Shown: positions 17,797-28,445 of the stretch, in pieces
Numbering within the stretch: position 1 is the stretch's first letter
How the letters are laid out: each line of letters starts with the position of its first letter
Assembly (NCBI GenBank): GCA_963422735.1
Contig: OY730476.1
Location: forward strand, 576,001 to 640,000
Length of the DNA stretch: 64,000 bases
From: Candidatus Latescibacterota bacterium
GTDB lineage: Bacteria > Latescibacterota > UBA2968 > UBA8231
Direction: 5' to 3'
Position numbers and translations under genes: made by a program
The notes under the pieces: model-generated
Told to the model about the DNA's origin: nothing
The model's database searches: none
What the model saw: only the letters and a program-made list of their open reading frames with translations

Positions 17797-19671
17797 ATGA
17801 CTGTCGCTCCAGCGGTGTATCGAGATCAGAAGTGGATTATATCGCCTTTTGGCGACCTGTTCTTTTTTATTGGTACGCCGCTTTTGTGCTTGGTGACCAT
17901 GCTGCCGCTGCGGGCCGTGTTCGACTCGCAGACCATTGCTTTCTACGCGCTGGCGCTGTTTGCCACCGGGCATCATTTACCTGGCTTTATGCGCGCATAC
18001 GGTGACCCAGAGCTATTCCGCACCTTCAAGGAGAAGTTCGTCGTCGCGCCAATTGTCGTGCTCGTCGTGACGGCGCTGGCGCAATTCAATACCCTGCATG
18101 GGCTGTTCTTGGTGGTCTTGGTGTGGGAGATCTGGCATTTGTTTATGCAGCACTACGGCATCATGCGGATCTACGACGCCAAAAACAAGATATTCTCCAA
18201 GCTCAATTCCCGGCTCGACTGGTTGTTGACCTTATGTGCTTTTGTAACAGTCGTCATCTATAGCCCCGAATACTTCCACCGCATCCTCGACCACAACCAG
18301 CGGGTCGGCGTACCCTTTCTGTCAGCCGAGTTGACGTTCCTGCTCAAAAAGGTGCTGTTCTATTTTACGATGGCCGTACTCGCGGCTTACTTGGCCAATA
18401 TCGTCCAGCGGGCAGTTACCGGTCAAAAGATAAGCCTGCCCAAGGTCGCGGTGATGGCGACGACGGTGTTTATCATCTACTATGGCTGGATACATATCAA
18501 CGACCTCGTCATCGGCTACGCGGCCTTTGCCGTTTTCCACGATATCCAGTACTTCGCCATCGTCTGGATCTACAACAACAACCTAGTCAAAAGGCAGGAG
18601 CGCACCACCAAGCTCCTGCGCACCTTCTTCACCACGCGCACCTTGCCGATCTTGGTCGCGTACGTGCTAATATGCTTCGCCTACGGCAGCATCAACATGA
18701 TGGAGGGCTTCCTCAAGTCCGAGCAGGCGATCAAGATGGTCGAGATATTCGTCATCACCTCGACGCTTTTGCACTACTACTTCGACGGGTTTATCTGGAA
18801 AATCCGCGACCGCAAAAACCAAGCCAATTTGGGAATCAATGCCGAGGAGGGGTCCAACCGCATTGGATTGCAAGCATTGCCGAGCGGCTTGGCCTCGTAC
18901 TTGCGCGAGACCGGCAGGCAGTTGGCCTATTTCGCGGTGCCGGTGATGGCGTTCTCGCTTTTCCAGTTTTACTGGACGGCCGACGAGGCTGAGGCGCGGG
19001 AGAAGATGGTCGAATTGTTCCCGGACTTGGCCGGTGCCCACAACAACCTCGGCGTCTTGTACGCGCGGCAGGGCAATTGGGAAAAGGCCACCGACGAGTA
19101 TCGGCGGGCGCTAGAGCTGGATGCGAGGGCCTATGAGGCGCATAAGAACCTCGGTCTGCTCTACGCACGGCAGGGCGTGCTCGACAAGGCGCATGTTCAC
19201 TACCAGCAGGCGATAGACCGCAAGCCGCGCTACGTCGAAGCGCTCAACGCGCAGGGGTTGGTTTTTTTACAGCGGGGCGAGTTCGCCAAGGCCGAGGAAC
19301 GCTTTCGCGAGGCCCTTGACGAGTTCGATTACGCCCCGGCGTACAACAACCTCGGCACGGCCTATTTGCAGATGGGAAACTTGCCGGCGGCGATCTCCAC
19401 CTACGAAAGGGCCGTCGCGCTCGACCGGGCCGACGCCTCTCATCATTTCAACTTGGGGTTGGCCTTGCAGAAGGCCGGAGAGAACGAGCAGGCGGTCGCC
19501 GCGTTTGCTGCGGCCCTCTCTTTAGAGCCACGCCACGTCAAAGCTTATTTGAGTATGGCGCTTTCCTACCAGCGGCTGGGCCACCTCGCTGAGGCGCGGC
19601 AGGCGTTGCAACAGCTCTTGGCAGTGGAGCCGAACCATGCCACGGCTGCGCTGCTGTTGGCCCGAATGTGA
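17797..19671 (+). CDS. polytopic membrane protein with His motifs and C-terminal TPR domain
   Basis: Many hydrophobic segments with GHH, HLFMQHYG, FHDIQY, HYYFDGFIW; C-terminal TPRs (AHNNLGVLY, AYNNLGTAY); GAGG RBS before ATG 17797. Confidence 0.85.
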   Translation: MTVAPAVYRDQKWIISPFGDLFFFIGTPLLCLVTMLPLRAVFDSQTIAFYALALFATGHHLPGFMRAYGDPELFRTFKEKFVVAPIVVLVVTALAQFNTLHGLFLVVLVWEIWHLFMQHYGIMRIYDAKNKIFSKLNSRLDWLLTLCAFVTVVIYSPEYFHRILDHNQRVGVPFLSAELTFLLKKVLFYFTMAVLAAYLANIVQRAVTGQKISLPKVAVMATTVFIIYYGWIHINDLVIGYAAFAVFHDIQYFAIVWIYNNNLVKRQERTTKLLRTFFTTRTLPILVAYVLICFAYGSINMMEGFLKSEQAIKMVEIFVITSTLLHYYFDGFIWKIRDRKNQANLGINAEEGSNRIGLQALPSGLASYLRETGRQLAYFAVPVMAFSLFQFYWTADEAEAREKMVELFPDLAGAHNNLGVLYARQGNWEKATDEYRRALELDARAYEAHKNLGLLYARQGVLDKAHVHYQQAIDRKPRYVEALNAQGLVFLQRGEFAKAEERFREALDEFDYAPAYNNLGTAYLQMGNLPAAISTYERAVALDRADASHHFNLGLALQKAGENEQAVAAFAAALSLEPRHVKAYLSMALSYQRLGHLAEARQALQQLLAVEPNHATAALLLARM

Positions 19672-19684
19672 GCGGAAATCCTGC

Positions 19685-21859
19685 CTAATGGCGATGCGCT
19701 CGGTCACCCTGAGTAGCTAGCGCGAAGGGATAGACGTCCAAACGTTCTAGGGCCGTGGCGTCTTCGCGGACCCGGTACACTCCATTGACCGGCACGTTTG
19801 TAAAGGTCTGCACCGTGCCCGACGGCCAGTGCAAAGTCAGCGTGTCTAGTACCTCAGCTTCCCCCAATCCGATCTCCTGTTGTAAAGTCGAAGCCCCAAA
19901 ACTCGCGCCCGTGCCGGCGAGGATGTGGATCGTCTGCGCTCCGGCGCGGGCTTGAATCCGCGTCCCGATCCCGGCTCGATTCGATTTAGTTCCCTCTAGT
20001 TTGAGGGTGATCCAATGGTTGCCGTGCCCGGGGTTTTCAAAGAGCACGTTGGTGTATACGTCCCCGGCATACGCCCCGCCGACCACCGCGTAGATGTCCT
20101 GATCGCCGTCGTTGTCAATGTCGCCGAAGGCCACGCCGTGCCCCTTTTGCAAATGCCCGAAGCCTCCCGATGTGGTCACGTCTTGGAAGACGCGCCCTTG
20201 GGCATTGCGGAACATGCGGTTGGGGATTAGCGAACGGTAGTCGGGGTCACCAGTGCCAGCGTAGAAATCGAGCCAGCCGTCGTTGTCGAGGTCGCCGAAG
20301 TTACAGCCCATCGTATAGAGGACTTTGTCGCTGTGGGTCTGTTGGGCCATGTCGGCGAAAGTGCCGTCGCCTTGGTTGTGAAAGAGGCGGGGCGGTTCGC
20401 CTTTGTGCGGCAGGCCGAGGTAATCGGCAGCCACATCGCCGGCATCGGCCTTGTAGCCGGAGACGAACAGATCGAGCCAGCCATCGTTGTCGTAGTCCCA
20501 AAACCACACCGGAAAGCTAAACGTCGGTTGGCTCACGCCAGCGCGGGCGGTTATGTCCGAGAAACGCCAGCGGCCGTTGGCGTCTGGGCCATCATTGTGG
20601 AAGAGCAGGTTGGGCTGCCCGAGGCGGGAGATGTAGAGGTCGGGCCGGCGGTCGTTGTCGAGGTCGCCCCAAGCCACCCCTTTGACGAAGCCCACAACGT
20701 CTAGGCCGACTTCCGCTGCTACGTCGGTGAAGGTTCCGTCGCCTTGGTTGCGGAACAACTCGCAGGGATGTTGCTCTTGGGCGGAGGATTCGTTGCCCAC
20801 GAACAGGTCGAGCCAGCCGTCGTTGTCGTAGTCGATCCAAGCAGCCGTCTGTGTCGGGTGCAGAGTGAGCAGCCCAGCCGCTTGGGTTACATCGGCGAAG
20901 GTTCCGTCGCCTTGGTTGCGCAATAGCGAGTTGGGGTGGAGGCCGCTGGCACCAAACCAGCCGCCTCGCAGGACTAGCACATCGGCGAAGCCGTCGTTGT
21001 CAAAATCCGTCTGCACGGCGTTGAGGCCGCCGACTAAGCCGGTCAAACCAGCGACGGCAGTGCGCTCGGCAAAGGTTCCGTCGCCTTGGTTGCGGAAGTA
21101 GCGCAGTGGATCGTCGAGGCCCCAAGAAGTGGCGATGATGTCGAGGAAGCCGTCGTTGTCAAAGTCTTCCATAATGCCGCCCCCGGCCAAGCCGAGGACA
21201 TTCAACCCTAGGGCGGGTGCCCGGTCGGGGAAGCGGCCAATATCGGCGTCAGCGGCGAAGACCTCCGGGGGAATGAGATGGGCGGCTGGCACTTGGTGCG
21301 GGTACTCTCCCACGGTCATATAGGCGATGTTGAGCAGCCAGCGCGAGGTTAGGTCGTAGGGAGTCTTTTTTAGGATTGCTCGGTAGTAGGCGATGGCCGC
21401 ACGCGATCCGTCTTGCACGTTGTGGACTCCCTCGGCCGCGATGGGCAGCAGGCAGGAAGCGAGGTTGTGGTCGTCGATGCAGTTTTGCTGCTCGCCGAGC
21501 CGTAAGTAGGCGAGGGCAATCATTTCTTCGAGGCCCGGGCGAGTGCGGAAGCGGTGGGCATCGGCTTGGTCGCGCACCTGCTCGAAGAGGGCGGCCGCCT
21601 CGGCGGATGTGCCGGCGCGCAACAGCTCTTTGGCCAGTTCGACCTGTCGGCTGAGCTGTTGTACGGGGTCGTCTGGCGCGGACTGGCGGCGTAGCCAGTC
21701 AACGCGTCGCTGGCTCAAGTAGATGTTGTCCTCGGCGTTGGCATGCGCGGCGAGGGCGGCGAGTTGCTCGGCCATGCGCTGAGTGCCGGGAGTCTGGTAA
21801 GGATCGGCAGCGCAACTTGCTAGCGCGAGAACCAAGAGGGCGATGGCGCAGGGGTTCAT
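19685..21859 (-). CDS. CRTAC1-family lipoprotein with N-terminal helical/TPR region
   Basis: True start MNPCAIALLVLALASC (lipobox); DFDNDGFLD and DYDNDGWLD repeats; LQKGHGVAFGD; ASPIC/UnbV tail (EIGLG, HWPSG). Confidence 0.9.
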   Translation of the reverse strand: MNPCAIALLVLALASCAADPYQTPGTQRMAEQLAALAAHANAEDNIYLSQRRVDWLRRQSAPDDPVQQLSRQVELAKELLRAGTSAEAAALFEQVRDQADAHRFRTRPGLEEMIALAYLRLGEQQNCIDDHNLASCLLPIAAEGVHNVQDGSRAAIAYYRAILKKTPYDLTSRWLLNIAYMTVGEYPHQVPAAHLIPPEVFAADADIGRFPDRAPALGLNVLGLAGGGIMEDFDNDGFLDIIATSWGLDDPLRYFRNQGDGTFAERTAVAGLTGLVGGLNAVQTDFDNDGFADVLVLRGGWFGASGLHPNSLLRNQGDGTFADVTQAAGLLTLHPTQTAAWIDYDNDGWLDLFVGNESSAQEQHPCELFRNQGDGTFTDVAAEVGLDVVGFVKGVAWGDLDNDRRPDLYISRLGQPNLLFHNDGPDANGRWRFSDITARAGVSQPTFSFPVWFWDYDNDGWLDLFVSGYKADAGDVAADYLGLPHKGEPPRLFHNQGDGTFADMAQQTHSDKVLYTMGCNFGDLDNDGWLDFYAGTGDPDYRSLIPNRMFRNAQGRVFQDVTTSGGFGHLQKGHGVAFGDIDNDGDQDIYAVVGGAYAGDVYTNVLFENPGHGNHWITLKLEGTKSNRAGIGTRIQARAGAQTIHILAGTGASFGASTLQQEIGLGEAEVLDTLTLHWPSGTVQTFTNVPVNGVYRVREDATALERLDVYPFALATQGDRAHRH

Positions 21860-21906
21860 AAGGATCCATGGCAGAAGATAGGGGCGTTGATTATTCCGAT
21901 GGCTTT

Positions 21907-24849
21907 TTATTTTAACAGAGTCAGTTGCTTGGTGGCCAAGTAGGCCCCGGCCTGCAATCTGTAGAAGTAGGTGCCGCTGGCGACTGGGTGACCGGCGTCG
22001 TCGCGCCCGGTCCACTCGGTGCGATAGCGGCCGGTGACGAGATGTCGTGCGACTAAGGTGCGGACCTTTTGGCCGATCGCGTCGTAGATGTCTAATTCGA
22101 CGGCGGCCGGGGCCGCAAGCTGGAATTCGATGGTCGTGGCCGCATTGAAGGGGTTGGGGTGGTTCTGGTCGAGGGCAAAGGCTGCCGGTGTGGCCTCGGC
22201 GAAAGCAGGGGCAGCGGCGAGGACCGTTGGTGCGCCTAGGCTGGCGATCCATTCCGCGATGAGTTCAGCACCGCGTCGGTCGATGATGGAGGAAGCCAAA
22301 GGGGGCATGCGAAAGGTGCCCAGCGTCAGCATCCGCAGATAGAGCGTGGAAAGCTGCGGTGCCCCGGGGGTGAGGATGAGGGCCTCTGGCTCGCCCAGAT
22401 CGCCGAGCGTGGGGAAAGCCCCGATAGTATTGGTTTCGACTAAAGGCGTGTCGTAGCGCAGGTCAATGATGGTGCGGCCCACGCTCTCGGGCCGATGGCA
22501 CGGCGCACAGTTGACGTGTAGGTACGAGCGGGCGCGCTGGTTGAGCGGAACGCCTTCGTCGAAGGGATTGGGTAGGCGGGGCAAGGAAGACAGGTCGGCT
22601 GGCAATTCCTCGGCAAAAAGGCCCTGTTGGAAGAGGGTGTACAACTGGTTTTGCTCCGCGCCGGTGTGGAGTTGGGCCGTATGTACGCCGAGGACATAGC
22701 CCGCGCCCTTGGTGTGGCAGACCTCGCAGTCTTGGCGCGAGGGAAAGTAGTAGTCTTGCAAGAGAAAGCCCACCGGATCTTGCGGGTCGTCAATCACGTA
22801 TGCAACGGTCGTGCTGTCGGCGAGCAAGGTAGCGTCAGTGCCAGCCTCGTTCCATTGATAGCTATAACCGTCCCAGCCCGGGGCGTCCACGCGCTTGATG
22901 AGGAAGCGCGTTTCGACGATGCGCCGGCTGGCCGGATTGCCGCGCACCAAGTCGAGGTAAAAGTTCTTGATCAGGAGAGTCTCGTCGGGAAAGCTCCAAG
23001 GCCCACGGCTGGCAAAGGCCATGCGCTCACCGGGCGGCAGGCGAATGAACCGCATTTTTGTGGTTCCGTCCGACCAAAACGGCGCATTGACTTCGTACGG
23101 CACTACGCCGGCCGCGGGCGTTTGCGTTCCTAAGTCGCTGAAAACCTGCGCGTCGGCCAAGCGCACGGGCGGGAATTCCTCCGTGGGCGGGAAGACGATT
23201 TCCCACAGCCCGCGCTCGCCGCTCCATTCGATCACATAGAGGCGATTGCCGATGATTTCCGCGTCAATAGGGTTGGAAAACCCTCCGACGATGCGGGTGA
23301 CGCGCGCCTCGTACTTGCCGCCGACTTTCGCTAAATCGAGGTGGAGCAGGTCTTGGCTGGGATCGTTGAACGGGCCGTTGACGCTGTTGCCGTTGGGGTC
23401 GCCCCGAGTCCAACTGAGCACGAAGCCGTCGCCGCGGAACGGCTCGGCGAGGGCATGGGCCGCGTCGAACACCAGCCCCAAGGGAGAGCGATGCGCGGTG
23501 AAGGTGCCAAAGCGCACACCCTCTTCGCTGGCATTCTTGATTTGGCCGTCGGCTGGGTCGCGATAGGCGTCGGCGTCTGGTCCGAGATTGATTACCGGGT
23601 CGGTGAAGCGGCGCGGTGGTGGTGGGTACGTGGGATCGTTGTGGTAGTAGCCTTCGCGCACGGCCGTGGAGCGGGGGGAGAGGAGGAAGTCAGTGGCCGG
23701 GTCGTAGTCGGGAAATTGCTGCGGGGTGTCTTCGAGTCCCATGCGCCAAGGGAAGCCGTAGTGATGCCCTTGGCGCAGCCAATTGAGTTCCTCGGCCATG
23801 TCGCGGCCCGGTCCGTTCTCCGTGGCGAAGAGGTCGCCGTTGGGCGCGAAGGCGAGGTCATAGGCATTGCGCAGGCCCTCGGCAAAGAGGAATCCTTGGT
23901 CGAGAAGACTGTAGCGGTCGTTGGGCAGCACGAGGTCGCGGGCCTCGGTCGGGACGCGCAAAATCACGGCTGTAAGTGCGGTTTCACGCAACCCGGGGAA
24001 GTGCCCATCGCCGTCTTGTATTTCGCCGTGATCGGTGCGCGAGCCACTGTTGATAAAGAGCGAGCGATTGTCCAAGCTGACGACCAGCCCGTTGACCTCG
24101 TGGTTGTAGATGCAGTCGCACCGCTCATAGGGGACGGTCTCCGCGAGGGTGAAAAAGGTGCGCTCGCCACTGCTCGGATCGACTTCGCCCTTAGTGATGG
24201 TGGCGATGTTGTAGCTGGATAGGTCGATGCGTTTGAGGACGTAAAAGATGCCGTTGGCGTCGATAAACAGTGCGCTCGGGCGACGGAAGCCGTGGTCGGC
24301 GGCAGTGTACACCGCGCCCGCAGCAGGCACGAGGGTGATGTCGCCGTTGGTTTTGAGGACGTAGCGGTTGTCGGCCGTAGGATCGCGGCCAAAGATGGAG
24401 GCGGTGAGGATGTCGTCGATGGGAACATCGGCGGGTAGGTTGTCCGGATCGAGCTGTTCCCACTGTCGCTCGCCCGTGTCGGCGTCGAGCAAAAGCCCGC
24501 GGGCGAGGGCAAACTGGCCGCTGTCTCGGGGACCGTGGCGATTGGACGCAAGGTAAAATGAGCCATCCGGCCCGATGGCAAAGCCCGTGAAGCCGCTGCG
24601 GATGCCGTGATCGCTGTGGGAATAGGCTGGAACGCGCTCAGCCGCCGCTAGGTCAATGCGTTCGATGGCGCCATCCTGCCGCAAGATATAGAGCGCGTCG
24701 TCGCGTGGATCCTTGGCGATGCGGATGGTGCCTTGGGAGACGCCGAGGATGCGGCGAATTTCAAGGTCGTCGCGGGTGGCTTGCGGGTCGGCGTAGGCGG
24801 TGGAGCAAAGGGCTGCGAGCGCGACGAGCGAGAGACAACGGACCAGCAT
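21907..24849 (-). CDS. glucose/sorbosone-dehydrogenase-like propeller + diheme cytochrome c module + T9SS type-A-like/FlgD CTD
   Basis: Signal peptide; GSRTDHG, GLRNAYD, TENGP, EELN, HYGFPW, HRSPLG; PYEVNAPFWSDG, CEVCH and CAPCH, RMPP; LDQNHPNPFN...KQLTLLK*. Confidence 0.88.
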   Translation of the reverse strand: MLVRCLSLVALAALCSTAYADPQATRDDLEIRRILGVSQGTIRIAKDPRDDALYILRQDGAIERIDLAAAERVPAYSHSDHGIRSGFTGFAIGPDGSFYLASNRHGPRDSGQFALARGLLLDADTGERQWEQLDPDNLPADVPIDDILTASIFGRDPTADNRYVLKTNGDITLVPAAGAVYTAADHGFRRPSALFIDANGIFYVLKRIDLSSYNIATITKGEVDPSSGERTFFTLAETVPYERCDCIYNHEVNGLVVSLDNRSLFINSGSRTDHGEIQDGDGHFPGLRETALTAVILRVPTEARDLVLPNDRYSLLDQGFLFAEGLRNAYDLAFAPNGDLFATENGPGRDMAEELNWLRQGHHYGFPWRMGLEDTPQQFPDYDPATDFLLSPRSTAVREGYYHNDPTYPPPPRRFTDPVINLGPDADAYRDPADGQIKNASEEGVRFGTFTAHRSPLGLVFDAAHALAEPFRGDGFVLSWTRGDPNGNSVNGPFNDPSQDLLHLDLAKVGGKYEARVTRIVGGFSNPIDAEIIGNRLYVIEWSGERGLWEIVFPPTEEFPPVRLADAQVFSDLGTQTPAAGVVPYEVNAPFWSDGTTKMRFIRLPPGERMAFASRGPWSFPDETLLIKNFYLDLVRGNPASRRIVETRFLIKRVDAPGWDGYSYQWNEAGTDATLLADSTTVAYVIDDPQDPVGFLLQDYYFPSRQDCEVCHTKGAGYVLGVHTAQLHTGAEQNQLYTLFQQGLFAEELPADLSSLPRLPNPFDEGVPLNQRARSYLHVNCAPCHRPESVGRTIIDLRYDTPLVETNTIGAFPTLGDLGEPEALILTPGAPQLSTLYLRMLTLGTFRMPPLASSIIDRRGAELIAEWIASLGAPTVLAAAPAFAEATPAAFALDQNHPNPFNAATTIEFQLAAPAAVELDIYDAIGQKVRTLVARHLVTGRYRTEWTGRDDAGHPVASGTYFYRLQAGAYLATKQLTLLK

Positions 24850-26825
24850 GGAATTTCTTAGCGATGCTCACTTGAGCAGCATAAGCTGCCGGGTGGCGAC
24901 AAAATCGCCGGCCGATAGCTGGTATAGGTACGCGCCGCTGGCTACTGGCTCGCCGCGCTCGTTGCGACCGTCCCATTGCAGGCGATGGTGCCCGGCGGGC
25001 AGGAAACCGCTGATGAGAGTGCGTACGCGCTGCCCGCTGCTGCTGTAAATGGCCAACTCGGCTTGGGACGCAAGGGCGAGTTGGAAGGCAATGGTGGTGC
25101 TTGGGTTAAAGGGGTTTGGGAAATTTTGCCCCAACGCAAACTCCGCGGGTGCAACCCCTTCGGCCTCGGCAACAGCCGTCTCCTTTGCAGCCGGCGGCAG
25201 GACGATTTCCCAAAGCCCGCGCCCGCCGCTCCACTCGATGACATAGATGCGATTGCCGATGATTTCCGCATCAATGGGGTTGGAAAACCCGCCGACGAGG
25301 CGAGTGACGTGCGCTTCGTAGTTGTCGCCGAATTTTGCCAAGTCGAGGTGCAGTAGGTCCTGGCTGGGGTCGTTGAACGGGCCGTTGAGGTCGTCGCCGT
25401 CCGGGTCGCCCTCGGTCCAACTGAGCACGAACCCGTCGCCTTGGAACGGCTCGGCGAGCGCATTATTCGCGTCGAACACCAGCCCCAAAGGCGAGCGATG
25501 CGCGGTGAAAGTGCCAAAGCGCACGTCCTCTTCGCTGGCATCCTTGATTTGGCCATCGGCCGAATCGCGATATTTGTCGGCATCTGGCCCGAGGTTGATC
25601 ACCGGGTCGGTAAAGTCGCGCGGTGGTGGCGGGTACGCGGGGTCGTTGTGGTAATAGCCTTCGCGCACGGCGGTGAACCCGGCCGGGAGGAGGAAGTCGG
25701 TGGCCGGGTCGTAGTCGGGAAATTGCTGCGGAGTGTCTTCGAGTCCCATGCGCCAGGGAAAGCCGTAGTGATGCCCTTCGCGCAGCCAGTTGAGTTCCTC
25801 GGCCATGTCGCGGTCTGGTCCATTTTCCGTGGCGAAGAGGTCGCCGTTGGGCGCGAAAGCGAGGTCGTAGGCATTGCGCAGACCCTCGGCAAAGAGGAAA
25901 CCTTGGTCGAGAAGAGCGTCGCGGTCGTTAGGTAGCACGAGGTCGCGGGCATCGGTCGGGACGCGCAAGACAATAGCCGTGAGCGCGGTTTCGCGGAGAT
26001 CGGGAAAGGCACCTTTCCCATCTTGTATTTCGCCGTGATCGGTGCGCGAGCCACTGTTAATAAAAAGCGAGCGATTGTCCAAGCTGACGACCAGCCCGTT
26101 GACCTCGTGGTTGAAGATGCAGTCGCACCGCTCATAGGGTGCGGTCTCCGCGAGGGTGTACCAAGTGCGCTCGCCGCTGCTTGGATCGACCTCGCCCTTG
26201 GTGATGGTGGCGATGTTGTAGCTGGATAGGTCAATGCGTTTGAGGACGTAAAAGGTGCCGTCGGCGTCGATAAACAGCGCACTCGGGCGACTAAAGCCAT
26301 GGTCAGCGGCCGTATATACCGTACCCGAAGGCACGAGGGTGATGTCGCCGTTGGTCTTGAGCGCATAGCGGATGTCGGTCGTGGGATCGCGGCCGAGGCT
26401 GGTGGCGGCGAGGATGTCGTCGATGGGAATGTCGGCGGGTAGGTTGTCCGGGTCGAGTTGCTCCCACTGCCGCTCGCCGGTATCGGCGTCGAGCAAAAAT
26501 CCGCGGGCGAGGGCAAATTGGCCGCTATCACGGGGGCCGCGGCGGTTGGAGGCAAGGTAAAACGAGCCGTCCGGCCCAATGGCAAAGCCCGTAAAGCCGC
26601 TGCGGATGCCGTGATCGTTTCTGGAGTAGGCAGGCGCGTGTTCGGCTGCCGCTAGATCAATGCGATCAATCGCGCCGTTTTGCCGCAAGGAGTAGAGCGC
26701 ATCATCGCTCGGATCCGTGGCGATGCGGATCGTACCTCGGGGGACGTTGAGGATGCGGTGGATTTCGATGTCGTCGCGGGTGGCTCGCGGGTCGGCATAG
26801 GCGGTGGAGCAAAGGGCGGCGAGTG
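23194..26825 (-). repeat. direct tandem duplication of about 1.6 kb (approx. 23194-24830 and 25201-26825)
   Basis: Long near-identical DNA stretches, e.g. GTCGTAGTCGGGAAATTGCTGCGG.GTGTCTTCGAGTCCCATGCGCCA in both copies. Confidence 0.85.
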
Positions 26826-26853
26826 CTGCTAGCGCGAGGCAATGGGCGAACAT
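24868..26853 (-). CDS. glucose/sorbosone-dehydrogenase-like propeller + T9SS type-A-like/FlgD CTD (paralog without heme module)
   Basis: Propeller nearly colinear with 21907..24849; LGQNFPNPFNPSTTI...WDGRN...RQLMLLK*. Confidence 0.88.
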   Translation of the reverse strand: MFAHCLALAALAALCSTAYADPRATRDDIEIHRILNVPRGTIRIATDPSDDALYSLRQNGAIDRIDLAAAEHAPAYSRNDHGIRSGFTGFAIGPDGSFYLASNRRGPRDSGQFALARGFLLDADTGERQWEQLDPDNLPADIPIDDILAATSLGRDPTTDIRYALKTNGDITLVPSGTVYTAADHGFSRPSALFIDADGTFYVLKRIDLSSYNIATITKGEVDPSSGERTWYTLAETAPYERCDCIFNHEVNGLVVSLDNRSLFINSGSRTDHGEIQDGKGAFPDLRETALTAIVLRVPTDARDLVLPNDRDALLDQGFLFAEGLRNAYDLAFAPNGDLFATENGPDRDMAEELNWLREGHHYGFPWRMGLEDTPQQFPDYDPATDFLLPAGFTAVREGYYHNDPAYPPPPRDFTDPVINLGPDADKYRDSADGQIKDASEEDVRFGTFTAHRSPLGLVFDANNALAEPFQGDGFVLSWTEGDPDGDDLNGPFNDPSQDLLHLDLAKFGDNYEAHVTRLVGGFSNPIDAEIIGNRIYVIEWSGGRGLWEIVLPPAAKETAVAEAEGVAPAEFALGQNFPNPFNPSTTIAFQLALASQAELAIYSSSGQRVRTLISGFLPAGHHRLQWDGRNERGEPVASGAYLYQLSAGDFVATRQLMLLK

Positions 26854-27032
26854 GGGGTCCTTTCAGAGGGAGAGTGGGGTAGGAGTCAGCACAGTTAAAA
26901 TAGAAGGTTTAGGAGTAATGACAAACAGCGTCGGTAGTCCGTCCCGACCTTCCGGATCCGTCTTGATCCTTATCAGATTGGCGAAATTCGACCTAGTATG
27001 AAACCCGTAATTCTTTGTCTATCGGGTTCGTG

Positions 27033-28441
<1,409 letters not shown>

Positions 28442-28445
<4 letters not shown>

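Noticed and set aside
21860-22252. 131-aa N-terminal extension of the 855-aa ORF
   Set aside because: It overlaps the upstream gene in another frame and is Arg/Pro-rich; the lipoprotein signal starts at 21859.
25599-26585. Long alternative-frame and antisense ORFs (also 6155..7105, 4611..5471, 28478..29407, 23341..24222)
   Set aside because: Expected shadows of high-GC coding sequence; no recognisable motifs.
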